64,000 nucleotides of DNA from the human T2T-CHM13v2.0 reference genome, Homo sapiens. The notes under the pieces were generated by a model that worked only from the letters and a program-made list of their open reading frames with translations, was not told the origin of the DNA and made no database searches. Location of the stretch: NCBI RefSeq assembly GCF_009914755.1, contig NC_060925.1; one strand, written 5' to 3'. The translations under genes were made by a program, and so were the position numbers. Positions 1-14,814 of this stretch are shown in pieces (the first letter of the stretch is position 1; every line of letters starts with the position of its first letter).

Positions 1-1487
1 TCATTGAAGGCTCTGGGTGCTTTGTATCTCAAGAGTTGTCACCCCTTAAACCCAGGAACCCTCTCCAAATTTGTTCTACAGGGTTGTTCCTATCTGGAGT
101 GACAAGTGACTACGCAGTCTGTTTGCAGGGAAGACTTTCCAACCCAGTGTGGCGTGGGTGTGGGGATGATTCTGCCCCAAGGCAGGGAGGAGAGAAAATG
201 TCCTTCAGTGAGACCCTTCAGCCTGAGAATCCATAATTACCGTGTAGACTGGCTGCATAATATGACCTATTCTCCAGCTCCCTGAGTGATGGCAGGTGTG
301 GTTAACTCGACAGTCTTCCTCCTGTGCCGTACATCTTCTCCTTTCCCCAATTACACCGACAGATTATTCCTTCCTGGTGTCCTTTTTTTTCCCTTTGTCT
401 CAGAAATAACGAGGTGTCATGAGTCTGCCATACATCACCCTATCGGCAGCGAGTGGTGACTTCTGATTAGTGGAATACCATGGGAGCAGAGGGAGGGAGC
501 GTGGCAGCACCGGCTGCTCTACCTGGCAGCCCTGTCGCGCCTCAGAGACTGGCGTTTTGTCTGTGTCAACAAGAATCCGCCTGGATATTACTCATGTAGC
601 CGGACATAATGAATTCAGCTGTTTGCTAGTGCAGCAAATAGGTTTTTTTGCCAGTGATATTAGGATCAAGCTGAGTAATAGGATGTGTCCATACCAGAGT
701 AATGTCCATTTATTAGCTTCTGTGAGAACACACACACATTAAGAAAAATCACATTTCGCGTGGCTCTGTAGCTGAGGGAATTGCATGTTAAAAATTTCCA
801 CTCAAGCAACCTCAAGCTAAGGATTTGTATTCCAAAGAACTGGACCTATTTCACCAAAAGTATTTACTTTCGAAGTAGAAAAATCTTACAAGCTTAATGA
901 GCACAAATGACTCTGCCTTATGTAAAAATCCCTCTGGGAAAGTTAACCTTAGTGGAGGAGAAAAGCTGGAGGTCTACAGAGAGGGCAACCCAGGGGAAAT
1001 GGCTGACACATGCTGTCTTTCAACATAACGTCAATTGGCTTTTTTTAATGGCAACATAAGATTGACTTTAATTGCCTAGGAGGTTACGCTGGGAACAAGA
1101 ACAGGCTTCTAAGTCATCAGGAGAAGCAGCTGTCTACTTGATTTCAGGGGCTGGGGGCATATTCCCTTAGTCCTCCTTAGAAACCTCTCATCAGCTCAAC
1201 CTCTCATCAAATGGTGGGACTAAACTCCCACCATTTCAGATTCATCCCTTGGCTTGAGATTTGCCTTTGCCCAGTGAAAGATGTCACTAGGAAGTGCCAA
1301 ACGTGAAGCCTCTTAGAATTGTACAGTGCCAGCCCCCAGAGACTTAGTAGTTTGGAACTCTTTCTTATGAATGAGTTTTGATGGGAGAGAAGGTGAAAAT
1401 TGGAGGGCTCTGGGATCTGGTGGAGGAGAAAGAGAATATAGACAAAGTAGAGAGGGGGTGACTAGTAGTTCCAAAAAGGTAGGAAAA

Positions 1488-1589
1488 AGTGGATTTGGCA
1501 TGCCTGTAGTCCCAGCTACTTAGGAGGGTGAGGTAAGAGAGTTGCTTGAGCCCAGGAGTTCATGGCCAGCCTGGTCAACATAGTGAGAC
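1488..1589 (+). mobile_element. Alu monomer fragment (FLAM/FAM-like)
   Basis: gcatgcctgtagtcccagctact...ttgagcccaggagtt...cagcctggtcaacatagtgagac is a typical monomeric Alu; followed by a purine-rich simple repeat. Confidence 0.75.
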
Positions 1590-1596
1590 AGACAGA

Positions 1597-1655
1597 CGGA
1601 AGGAAGAAAGGGAGGGAGGGAGGGAGGAAGGGAGGGAGGAAGGAAAGAGAGAAAG
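1597..1655 (+). repeat. (GGAA)n/(GGGA)n purine-rich simple repeat
   Basis: Visible directly in the sequence. Confidence 0.85.
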
Positions 1656-3544
1656 AGTCGAGACCAGAAACAGAGACCTAAAATTTTGCCTATTTCACAG
1701 TCTTGCAAAGGAAAACGTAATAAATAACAGTCCCGATCTTTGTCACTTGGAAGTTTACAAATGTAGAATGCCTTCTAAGGCACATCCCATGCAGCCTAGA
1801 CAACCGCTTTCCACGAAGCCAAAGGGACAGTGGAAATGTCTTAGTGGTATGCCTTCTTCTAGCTGGAAAGGAAAAGGCAGACATGAAGGTGAATATTCTG
1901 AGGTGAGGCAAACCCACCTCCTGTTTTCCCACACAGAGGGCCCCACGCAGTCATAGCAGTGGAGGTGTTGGGTGATGCTCTGCTCCTCCATGGGTCTGTC
2001 AAGCATGTCTCCCATGGAAGGCACCCCCTTGGCACCAACTTGGCAATTGTAGCCGTCAGCATTTTGTGATCTAGTGAAAGTGTCCATGTTCCCTGGAAGA
2101 CAGTAGGGCAATTCCTTCAGCTCAGACCACCAGGTCAGAGAACGCAGGGGGCTCCTGCCAGACAAGCACATCTCCCAGCCCAGCCCCCGTGGCCCTGGCT
2201 CCACTTTCACTAGTTCCCAGATGCCTCTCCGGAGATCAGGTTGCGTTCCCTGCCCTTCACAGACGTCCCTCACACCGACTCAACTTCTCGAGCCATTTTT
2301 TCCTCAAGACCAACTTCTGAATAGATTACTGGCTCATGAGCTACGCTGTTCCTTGCTATCTTAGAAAACAAACACAGGGGCACTCTTTTCTTTGTTTTAA
2401 CCACCTGCCACCGGCAAGAAACAGCCATGTTCCAAAGAAGTTACGATCATAAGGTGAACACACAGGTTCCAGCATTTTACTCATTTCTTCTGGTCACTGT
2501 CCCACATTGCAGATGCCAGCTTATCCCTCGACTATTGCTCAGTCCTTGGCCCTCTTTTCTTCTCAAGCTGCATCTGAACAATCACATGACAATCACATGA
2601 CTTTGTCATTTTTAGGCTGAATTCTTCCAAGTCTCTGTCTCTGGTCTCGAATCTTTCTCTGAACATGAAACCTCCATATCCAGCTGCAGGATCAGCAGTC
2701 TCACTTTAGTGTTCTCCAGCCAGGACCAACTCAGCATGTCCACACAGAGTTCATTACGACTTCCCCTACAGTCTGCTCTTCCACCTGAATTATTTATATT
2801 GGCTTCAGGCATCCACCTAATCACTTAAACCCTACACCTGGAAATCTTCCCAGACAACTTCTTCCTCTCCAGACCCTCAAATCTACTTACAAAATCTTAT
2901 ATCTTTTTAACACCTCTGTTACTGACCCCTTCCTTCTTCTAGACACAGTCCTCTTTCCCTAATCCAATTTAGGGCCTCCTTGTCTCTTGCTCTGCTCTGG
3001 TAGTAAGCTCACCCTCTGGGCTTGCCTGTCTCTAATAATTCTTTTGTAATCCTATCAAAGAATGGCTCCCATAAGGCAGATATGATTGTTATCCTCCTGA
3101 TTAAAACCCGACAGTGGACTCCTCTTTGCCCTTGGCATATAATCTGAGCTTCTTTGAATGTCCTATGAGGTAGCCCACGAAATGTCTCTGCTGAACCCTC
3201 TGACCTTATCTCTGGGGAAGCTGTCCACCTGCCTCGCCCCACTGCCCCCTTGCCATGCTCCAGGTCAACCACTCTCCCTACCTCCCTGCTACCCACTGAC
3301 CCCAATGTCACTAAGTCACTTTTGTCAAGAGAGTCACTCTCCTTGGCAAGTAGGTCTGAAGTTAGATTTGGGGTAGAACAATAACTGTAAAACACATGGC
3401 CAAAAACTCAGGACAATTCAACTGCCTTCCCAATCTAAGGACCATTATGGTGGTTTGGCATAATGAAGGTGGGCTGACCCTCTATTTCTAATATAAATAG
3501 AATACAGCTTAGCATAGCTCATTTAAAGTGCTTAAATAAAGAAG

Positions 3545-3775
3545 CAGCTTCTGGAGTCAGAATTCTTAGGTTCAAATGTTACCTCATCAATTAACCCTTA
3601 GTTTCCTCATTTTAAAAATAGAAGCATTGGTATTCACATGAAATTGTTGGCAACAAATTTTAAAAGTGGAAATAATAATACCTGTCTCATAAGGTTGTGA
3701 GAAATAAAAATATTAATATGGTGCCTGGCAAAGGGTGTTTGGTAAATGTTAGCTATTGATGTTATCATTATTAAT
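3545..3775 (+). mobile_element. MIR SINE (degenerate)
   Basis: ctggagtcaga...ggttcaaat...agtttcctcattttaaaaatag...aataatacctgtctcataaggttgtgag...gtgcctggca MIR core motifs. Confidence 0.6.
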
Positions 3776-6700
3776 AGCATTTATAGAATTCCATTTCTTT
3801 TCTATCAAATTATCAGAAGGAGATTTTACCTTCGAAACTGTTGGAGAGATGACCATGGGATTCAGCAGTCAGGCTTGCATTCTGATTGGTGGCAGGAGCA
3901 GATTGACAGGTGCAGCAGGAAAACAAAGACATACAACCCATTCCTTCCTCCCCCACACTGTTTTATATTTTATAAAGGGAATTCACAGCCTAGTGGATAC
4001 GGGGTTGAGTAAAAGTACTTCCTGCCTCTATTGAAGCTTCAGGACACTGGACTGGAGTCTTCCACAATTCAGCCAGAACCCAGGGTACTCCAAACCACTT
4101 TGTGATCCTCCATCTCTGTAGGCTACAGTTTATAAAACACTTCTATCTCCATGATTTCATGTGATTCCCAGAGTGACTCATGAGGTTTCAGACCTCTCCA
4201 TCCTCAGACAGACCCTGTCACATGCCTCTGAAAATGCTTTAGTTGTTGCCATGTGGATGGACACTCAGAAAATACTTTAAAAAAAAAAAATCTAAACTGC
4301 TTGCTTTAGTGGTTTTGTGTAAAATGCAACCAGAGAGAGAGAGAGAGAGAGGTCCTTGGCAGATAGGTTTAACTCAAATCACTGAGCAGGAAAATATCTG
4401 GGAATCTGGCCTGGTTTGAGAAAAAGAGCCAGCTTTTTTAGCTGACTAGAGAGCAGCTTAAAAAGGAAAAAAATGAAAGGAAGGAAACTAATGAGGCATC
4501 TCTTTCCTCACAGATAATGTGGGATGCTCACCCAGTGGTTTGCAGTGGCTACAGCATCTGTTACACTTCAGTGACAACCAAAATGCCTTGGAGATAAGAC
4601 AACAATTATGAGACCTGCTTGAGAAGAAATGAAAGAAAACCCAATCGCAGCCAAATAGCACTGCCATCTATTAACAAATTATTACAGGCTGAAGCAGTCT
4701 TTAATGAGATTTTAACAAAAGAAATCCAGTCTTGTTCCTCTGGGGCAAAGAGATTTTATCATCATGTGAATGGTTAAGCAGGTAAGAGGACCTCCCTTGG
4801 AGCACCAATAAAGAGAAAATGTGTGAGCCCTGTGTTCTCCCTCTCCAAGGAGCTCTAACTCCCAGTCAAGATGAAAACATATTGGAGAAAGGACCCAAAT
4901 AATACTGTTCCAGAGAAAGTTTTAGTTTAGTAAGTGGCCTGATGAGACAAGTGAGTATTCAAAAAAGCTGTATTAGACCTTTGTGTTGTGATTCCAATCC
5001 TTTGTGCTTTTGGTTATCCTAAAGGACATTGTGACATTCTCAAGAGATTCTTAAGTCAAAGGGTATAGTGGCAACATTAATCTGGAGGAACAATGAAGCT
5101 AGCTAGAGTCAGGACGTGCCTGCCCATGATCTTGTAGACCCACTGGGGTTTCAGAAGAGAAACTGATATGAGTCTAATGTTGTTAGTTCAAAGGAGGAAA
5201 GAAAAATTGGTTGCATGGAGTGAGTCAGAGGGAGGGAGGAAAATATGCAGTCCAAGGAAGTCGGTGAGAAGCCCGCTCAGATGCACTAGACTGTCTTGCA
5301 TGAATTGGGTTTTTCTTTTTGCTTCTCCCACCCCTTTCATTGATCCACTACGTGAACACTTATAGGCAGCCAATAATATCAGGAGAAATATAGCCATTTT
5401 GATACTAATATTTCTGTTACCCAGGAATTTGCTTTATTTGCAATATGAGCCTCCAATGCCTGATTAAAGGAAACTGAGGACTAACCTGGGTGATCCAAGA
5501 ATTCCTAGACTGTTAAATAGTGTAGTTTCTTTAGAAAGGGACTCTGGACCTCCTCCTGGGAGGAGCCTTAGAAGGGCAGTGAGGCTAGGGTGAGTAAGCA
5601 GGCTCCCCACGTGAGGGTGAGTCAGGGAGACTGATTCCTTAGCAGCTGGGGCACTGTGTAAGACTACGTCACCTTCTGTGGCAGAAGAACAACCACAATC
5701 ACTATGTGTTATGCTGGTTATATTCCCCTTGAGACCAATGGCAGACACTGGCTGTTAAAATATTTAGTGTCTGATAATGTATGATTAATGGGTAAGGAGT
5801 AGAGTAGCACTTCTTTTAATGGCTCACACTGTAGGAAAGAGATTTAATAGAATTGAAGATGAACTTAGAATGACATAGAAGATAAATCTCAGGAACGTAC
5901 ATCTTTGGGACAGATAGCTCATTTTGTTAGAATATAGTGCTATTATTGTTATTAGCTAACATTTATTAAGCACTGACTAAGTGCCAGGAGCTGCTTCAAG
6001 TGTTTTACGTATGTTAACTTAATGCTTCTTGTGCTGTGATAATGAGCCAGTATTTGTTTTTTAAATTTCCAATGTGTCATGGACAAATGCTTTTGTGGAA
6101 TTCAATAAAAATAAATTACTACAAAAGTGAAAAAAAAATTAAAACATGCAAAATTCAAGCTCAATTTTTTCCTTTTTTAACTATTAGCTGTAAGAGACAT
6201 CAAATTGTCAAAATGCTATAAAAGTTTCTAAATCCTTACTCTTAGTTGCTATACGTATCTCCCCGTAGACTAGTAACAAACCTTCACCAACTGGCGCAAG
6301 TCTACGAACTCTGTTGAAGAGCACTGTATTAACTCATTTAAACCCTCCTAAAAGTTCATGACGTCATTAATATTTTCATTCTACAGATGAGGAAACTGAG
6401 GCACAAAACAGTTATCTTGCTACTGAGGCCAGTCAATTAGTTTTGCAAAGAGAAAAATATCTATTTCATGGTCACAGAAGAGTACCCCAACTAGTCACTG
6501 AAAAATTAAGAGTAGCATAAGAAAAGCAAGCCTTAATGAGAAAGTATGAATGGAGTTTTATTATCCAGGCTTCTGTGGAAAAACCAGGAAAGGCATAGGC
6601 CATACTGGTGACATTTTGGGAGTGTCACCGTTGCTATATTGGGCAATAGGATGAAGTGTCTTAAGACTGTGGCTTGAGGGCTAGACTTTCTGGGTTAGTT

Positions 6701-6999
6701 TTCTTGCTTGGCCACCTACTTCCTATGCGCAGTTGTTAGTTTCTATCTGAAAGGATGGTTGGGAGGATTAACTGTGTTGTATATGTAAAGTATTTTTTAA
6801 AAATGCCTGGCACATAGTAAGTGGTTTATAAGTGTTATTGTATTTGCATATGAAAAACCACCCATTGCAAAAATTTCAGATTCCTTAAATGCCTCCATCT
6901 ATAGTGGTTTGACTTCTGATTAAACAAGCCTATCCTCCCTGCCTTAAACTAGAGCCCCTGGTAAAACTCAGCAGTGCTGCAGTGGTCACTGCCAGACCT

Positions 7000-7204
7000 C
7001 AGGTACAGAGCAACGTTTGGGGCTGGATAATTATTTTTCTTGAGGAGGGGGTGGTTACTGTGTGCATTGTATGATAGCAGCATTCCTGGTCTTTACCCAC
7101 TAGATGCCAGTATTATCCCCTTCCAGCTGTGACAACCAAAAATGTCTTCAGTCATTGCCAAATGTCCCCTGAGAGGCAAAATTGCCCCCAGTTGAGAACC
7201 ACTG
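7000..7204. mobile_element. MER20 (hAT-Charlie DNA transposon MITE)
   Basis: tttacccactagatgccag...gtgacaaccaaaaatgtct...cattgccaaatgtcccctg...cccagttgagaaccactg matches the MER20 pattern. Confidence 0.75.
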
Positions 7205-8062
7205 ATACAGAGAAAAGAGAATATTGATAACAGTCTCTTATATTTTCATAGCTTTTCAGTGTAAAAAGGCTTCTGCATGTTTTAACTCAGTTGGGAAAAA
7301 GAAAAAGAGGAAAAAGATAAAATAGATCAGAAGAAAAAAGAGAAGGGAATAGGGGAGGGAGAAGGAAGGGAGAGAATGCAGAGTGCAAAGAGATGAAGTG
7401 GAGCAGACACGCAAAAAACAAAGGAATGAACAAACAGGTGTGTGAGTTTGTGTGATCGCCCATGAGCGCATCTACACCTGCAAATCCTCCCAGCACCTCC
7501 CATTCAACATGTTCAAAACTGAACTCAGCAGGTTGTAGATAAGGAAGGAAGCTGATGTCCATGGCGGTCTAAGGTGTGACCTTGGGCAGATTCTTCTCAG
7601 TCTAGTTTCCTTGATTGTAAAATGAAGATAATACCACGTGCCTTAATGGACTGTGTGAGCTGGCATGGAGCTGACCTATCACAGTGTGCTCTTGCCCATC
7701 CTTTTCCCTCCTCCTTGTCTCATGCCAGTAAGTTAAGGGCTAGGTTCTGGCACTCTTCCTCCTTCACAGCACTGCCTCCCGGACAGAGGTCCTGTCCCTC
7801 ACTAGCACCCAGTGCTTCTGTCCATTTGATGCCACCATTCCATTCCTCTTCCCACTGCCCCAATTCATGGCCAGCCCTCAACACCGCACATCTAATGTCC
7901 TGTGGGAGCCTCCTAGTAGTTGGACTTCCTGGCTCCAAGCTCTCCCCACGCCAATCCAGATTCAGGTTCTAAAACAGCACTGGGATCAAGTCACTCTAAT
8001 TTTTTAAAAAACTGTTCACTGGCTCCCCAGCATAAAATCTAAACTTCTTCACCTATCATTAA

Positions 8063-8440
<378 letters not shown>

Positions 8441-8614
8441 TGTACTTCCCATCTCTTTTGAAACTAAAAAGTCAGTTTCTTATGCACACCCTATGTTTTC
8501 CTCATCTTCCTGGGATTCCCTTCCTAAATCCCCACAGTCTATCCCCATCCCTCAAGGCCTATTTCACTTGTTAACTTCCTTCATGAAGCCTAACCTCCTC
8601 TTCCTGGACATGTA

Positions 8615-8907
8615 CAGTTGTCCTTTGTTATCATCAGGGGATTGGTTCCAGGACCCTACAGATACCAAAATCCATGGATGCCCAAATCCTTTATATAAAA
8701 TAATGTAGTATTTGCACATAACCTATGCACATCCTCCCATATAGCTTATCTCTAGATTACTTATAATACCTAATACAATTTAAATGCTATGTAAATAGCT
8801 GTTATACTGTATATTTTAAATTTGTTTTATTTATTTTATTCTCAAATAATTTTGATCTTTGGTTGATTGAATTCACATATGCGGAACCCAGGGACATGGA
8901 AGGACTA
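8615..8907. mobile_element. MER2 (TcMar-Tigger MITE)
   Basis: ta|cagttgtcc...ggggattggttccaggacc...gataccaaaatccatggatg...tttgcacataacctatgcacatcctccc. Confidence 0.8.
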
Positions 8908-9017
8908 TATTCAGTCTCTCTGATCTCTGGATTCTCATAGCACTTTTTCTGCTTCTACTATGTAGCATTTATGTCTTTCCACCTTGTACCATAAATATCT
9001 ATGTGTTTATGTCTTAC

Positions 9018-10274
9018 TGTGTCCCGAATTGGTAGGTTCTTAGTCTCACTGACTTCAAGAAGGAAGCTGCGGACCCTCCTGGTGAGTATTACACTTCTTA
9101 AAAGCAGCATGTCTGGAGTTTGTTCTGATGGTCGGATGTGCTCCGAGTTTCTTCCTTCTGGTGGGTTCCTGGTGTCGCTGGCTTCAGGAGTGAAGCTGCA
9201 GACCTTCGTGGTGAGTGTTACAGCTTATAAAGGCAGTGTGGACCCAAAAAGTGAGCAGCAACAAGATTTATTGCAAAGAGCAAAAGAACAAAGCTTCTAC
9301 AGCTGGAAAAAGACCAGAACAGATCGCCGCTGCTGGCTCGGGCAGCCTGCTTTTATTCTCTTATCTGGCACCACCCACATCCTGCTGACTGGTCCATTTT
9401 ACAGAGAGCCGATTGGTCTGTTTTACCGAGAGCTGATTGGTCCGTTTTGACAGGGTGGGGATTGGTGCGTTTACAATCCCTGAGATAGACACAAAAGTTC
9501 TCCAAGTCCCCACTAGATTAGCTAGACACAGAGTGCTGATTGGTGCATTTACAAACTTTGAGCTAGATACAGAGTGCCGATTGATTTACAATCCCTTAGC
9601 TAAACATAAAGGTTTCTCCAAGTCCTCGCTAAACTCAGGAGCCCAGCTGGCTTCACCCAGTGGATCCCGCACCCGGGCTGCAGGTGGAGCTGCCTGCCAG
9701 TCCCGCGCCTTGTTTCCGCACCCCTCAGCCCTTGGGCGGTGGATGGGACGAAAGGGCGCCGCGGAGCAGGGGGCGGCGCTCGTCGGGGAGGCTGTACAGG
9801 AGTCCACGGCGGGTTGGGGGAGGCTCAGGCATGGCGGGCTGCAGGTCCCGAGCCCTGCCCCGCGGGGAGGCAGCTAAGGCCCGGCGAAATAATCGAGCCA
9901 GCGTCGGTGGGCCGGCACTGCTGGGGGACCCGACGCACCCTCCGCAACTGCTGGCCCGGGTGCTAAGCCCCTCACTGTCTCCCGGGCCGGCCGGCCGTTC
10001 CGAGTGCGGGGCCCGCGAAGCCCACGCCCACCCAGAACTCGCGCTGGCCCGCAAGCGCCGCGCGCAGTCCCGGTTCCCGCCCGTGCCTCTCCTTCCACAC
10101 CTCCCTGCAAGCTGAGGGAGCCGGCTCAGGCCTCAGCCAGCTCAGAAAGGGGCTCCCACAGTGCAGCAGCGCGCTGAAGGGCTCCTCAAGCGTGGCCAGA
10201 GTGGGCGCCGAGGCCGAGGAGGCGCCGAGAGCGAGCAAGGGCTGCGAGGGCTGACAGCACGCTGTCACCTCTCA
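9018..10274 (-). mobile_element. LTR12-family (ERV9) solo LTR, LTR12C/E-like
   Basis: Termini tgtgtcc...gctgtcacctctca (minus strand TGAGAGGTGACAGC...GGACACA); repeated gattggt (CCAAT) units 9410-9545; CpG-rich U3 portion 9660-10260. Confidence 0.93.
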
Positions 10275-12233
10275 ATCCTGTCTACTGTTCTGCTAGAGAG
10301 GCAACCTAAATGCCAGGCCAAGGTGAGGAACAATTATTTGCTCGATCAACTTCCCAGAAGTTTCTATCAATAATTCTTCTGGGTTCAGAGTTCTCAGAAA
10401 TATTGAAACAAAGTTGGTTTCTAATTCTGTCTAAAGAGATAACATTTTTACTTTGAAGGAGACATCATATTACTCTTCTTACATTCCCACTTATTTCTAT
10501 ACAGGAGGTAACTTCACTAACTGTTCAAATATCCACTCTACTGGTTCCTCCCCAGGTAGAAAAAAAAAAAGATTAATTCTTTAATTTTTATAGTGAGCAG
10601 GGCTATTGGCTTCGAAAACAGGAAACCAGGCCTAGCAGGTCGTCTGGTCCGGGCTTCCACATCTATCTGTCTTCTAGGTGAAGAGAGCCCATTGCATCTT
10701 CCTTGCCCATGCAATAGAGAGAACTAGGTCTGTCTTGCTTGTGACAGTGTGTGTGACAAACCTTGTGGCCGTTTGCCTTAGTGAATTAACGGCAAACTCA
10801 GAGTCTCTGCACTCTACACATTCCTCACCTTGGAGGCTCGTGCCTGTCCCAAGGCCCAGATTCCAGTGCAGAAGTGAGAAGCCCCCAGTTTGGCACCAGT
10901 TTCAAGCAGCTTTTCTCTATCCGAAGTTGTACCACAGATTCTCATATTGTAGAGATTATTGGGCACTTGCCAAAGTGTTGATAAAGCTAATATTTTTGTC
11001 TTTTTTTGGCTAGCGGTGCTTATGTGTATTATCTAAGAGTCAGAATCCAGAGAGGAAAAGAAGGTGGTTTTACATCCAGAACTGCTGGCTCTGTTGCTGG
11101 GTTAGGAGCTTTCTCCATCTTAGTCTGTTCTATATCAAGGCTAACCTTACTTTCATGGATCAGCGAATCTGCAGGCCCTTTCAGTGATTTTTAAAGCCAT
11201 ACACACAAATACTATCTAACAACCCTCAAAGATGGCCTGCCACTAGAAATTTATTCATTTTACAGTTACCAAAGTAGGAGGATGGAGACACCTTCAGTAA
11301 TATTTGTTTAGGGACCTAGAATTCAAAACTAAAAACTATGTAGTCTAATTTTGTCACAAATAGCTCATACATGTTAGCAAGTTAATTCTGACAAAAGTCA
11401 ATCTAGGCGGGCTTACTTATATTTCTACTTATCATCTTAAAAATAAAGTTTGAGTTCCAGTTCCACTACCAGTTGTTCTGTGATTTGGATAAGGCCTATT
11501 CCTGGGCCTCCATTTCCTCGTCTAGAACAATGGGTGTTTTGATCCAGACCATCACTGACAACCCTCCTGCTCCTATGTCCTTTTCATACTCAGAAGTTAG
11601 CATTTGAGCCTACGTTGCCTTCAGGGTGTATTTTGGTGGCTCTGAGGGGTTTGGGGAGAGGCGTAGATCTAGAGGAAAATTTAATGAACATAAAGGGAGA
11701 AACTTGCCAGATGCAAAGTGGGAGTTTATTCCAGGAATATTAAATTATCATGAAATACATCCATCTACATTTATTAAGAAAAGGAAGCAAAACTCTTCTT
11801 GCCTGAAGCCTTCATTTCTAAAGCATTAACAAATTATTCATTTCCTTCATGAGCTCTTTAGTCCTTGGGGTATTTAACACCAGGAGTTTGACCATATTAT
11901 GACTCATCCTTATATCACATGATAAAGATGATACTAAATATTGTAAACATATGACAGTGGATATAAGTTATGAATCCTCATTAATTTATTTTGCTTTTAG
12001 CTTAATGGCTTAATACTTTGCAGTAAACTTCTTTTTACCCAAAACAGGACTGGTGTGTCTCAGATTTGCAGTATTTTCATGAGTAAATACCACTGACCAC
12101 ATTAAGAAAGCATTCTTCTTTTATGCAGATGTGTGCCAAAGATTATTAAAATGAGAAAGAATTTTACTTTCTCAGCTACTTTAAAAAAATAAGATTTTAA
12201 AACAGGCCATATCATTATTTAGCTGTATACTCT

Positions 12234-12828
12234 ATGTTAGTTTTCCGTGACTGCATAACACATTATCACAAACTTAGAGCAACATCCAATTCTTGGCTCA
12301 CAGTTCTGTAGGTCAGAGTGTGGGCTCTGCTGGATTCTTTACACAGGATCAAACAGGGCCAAAATCAAGGTGTTTGCCTACTGGCTCTTCCCTGGAGGAT
12401 CTGGGAAGAATCTGCTTTCAAGGTCATTCAGGTTGTTGACAGAATTCTATTCCTGTGGTTGTAGGACTGAAGTCCCATTTCCTTGCTGGCTATTGGTGGG
12501 GGGCTGCTCTTTGGTCCTTAAGGTCACTCACATTCCTTGGCAGATGACCCCTTCCTTCTTCGAGCCAGAAATGGTGCATAGAATCCCCTTTGTGCTTTGA
12601 ATCTCTGACTCCTCTTCTGTTGCTAGCCAAAGAAAACTCTCTGCTCTTAAAAGGTTCATCTACTGGGTCAGGCCCACACAGATAATCTCTGTAACTCAAG
12701 GGTAACTGATTTGGGACTTTAATTATATCTGTAAAATACCTTCTCAGCATTAAGACGATTAGTGTTTGACTAACCAGGGACAAGCATCTTGAGGGGACAT
12801 TTTTATAATTCTATCTATCTGTCATACA
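12234..12828 (-). mobile_element. MLT1 (ERVL-MaLR) LTR, MLT1D/E-like
   Basis: tgttagttttcc...ctcacagttctgtaggtcag...gggaagaatctgctttcaagg...ggttgtaggactgaagtccc...tcaggcccac MLT1 motifs. Confidence 0.7.
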
Positions 12829-12890
12829 TGACTAACCAGGGACAAGCATCTTGAGGGGACATTTTTATAATTCTATCTATCTGTCATACA
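12767..12890. repeat. Perfect 62-bp tandem duplication
   Basis: tgactaaccagggacaagcatcttgaggggacatttttataattctatctatctgtcataca occurs at 12767-12828 and 12829-12890. Confidence 0.95.
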
Positions 12891-13218
12891 CAGTTGTCCC
12901 TTGGTATTCATAGGTGATTGGTTTCAGGACCTCCCCGAATAGCAAAATCCACAGATGCTGAAGTCCCTGGTAAAAAATAGTCTAGTATTTGCTTATAATC
13001 TATGCACATTCTCCTGTATACTTTAAATCAACTCCAGGTTACTTATAATACTTAATACAATGTAAATGCTATGTAAGTAGTTGTTTTTAGGGAATAATGA
13101 CAAAGAAAAATGGTCTGTACATGTTTGGTACAGATGCAATATCTTTTTCCAAATTATTTTCTACCTGTGGTTGATTGAATCCATGGATACAGAACTCACG
13201 GATATGGAAGGCCAACTG
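12891..13218. mobile_element. MER2 (TcMar-Tigger MITE)
   Basis: cagttgtccc...ggccaactg|ta terminal inverted repeats; same internal motifs as the other MER2 copies. Confidence 0.8.
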
Positions 13219-13631
13219 TACTTTAATGCAATTAAGCAAATTATCTAACCTCTTTTTTTTTTTTTTTTTTTTTAAGAATCCTACTCTGACAGCTTTAATG
13301 AGTAGACCTACAAAGGGATTATGCTTATGATAACTTTTCTACATCAGCCAACAAAACAAAATAATAAAAACAACAACAAAAACTGTTCACACTGGATCTA
13401 TAAGATGCCAAAGCACATGAATAAAAAATAGACTTAATCATTATCAGTCTTGTTCACTGCCATTTGCCCAGCTCTTGGAACAGAGCCTGGCCCAAAGTAG
13501 GTGCTCATTAAACATAGTGTTTGCTGAATGAATGGATGTACAGCACTAATTACAGCCCTTTAGTTAACTATTCATCAAGTGCTCCCTGCACACAGTGGAC
13601 TTGTGCTGAGTATAGTGAAGGAAGATTCATT

Positions 13632-14190
<559 letters not shown>

Positions 14191-14814
14191 GGTATTCTGG
14201 GAACAGGGAAAAGAACAGCCCAACTAAAGAATCCCAAAGGTAGAGAAACATGCTGTTATGGAACCTGGAGCTAGGTTGCAGAGAGCCCTGATAAGCATAG
14301 AACATAGGCTGCAAAAGCCTTAAAGATTCATCTTTTAAATAAACAGCATTAAGTACTTCTCTTTCTTGGGCAGGCTAGAGTTCCTATCATCTTGCCCAGG
14401 CCTCTCATCTTGTAACAAGAAGCTGAGACCCAGGGCGAGTGTCCTTGGGTCACAGGGGAAATCTTTGCAGGAGAATGCAATCTTCTACTGCCTCAGCCAG
14501 CACTCTGGCTACCACATTTTCCTGCTTCCTGCGTCTCCAAACTCATCTGCCCGCTCCCGCGTTGCTTACTGCAACTCAACCACACTGGTTCTCTTGCTGC
14601 TCCTCAAATGCTCTAAGTTTGTTCCCACTTCAGAACCATTACACTTGTTCCCTCTGCCCAAAAGCCAAAAGGACCTTGCCTTGGGTTTTCACACACTGGA
14701 GCTTCTTGTCTCTGATCTCAGCTCAGCTGTTGTCTTCTCAGAAAAGTCTTCCCTGACCACAGGCTTGAATGGTGCCTCATCCACATCTGTCCCATTGCCC
14801 TGATTTACTTTACT

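Noticed and set aside
9001-10373. ORFs of 70-150 aa in LTR12 copy 1 (similarly 18748-20161 in copy 2)
   Set aside because: Incidental frames in GC-rich LTR sequence with no gag/pol/env similarity.
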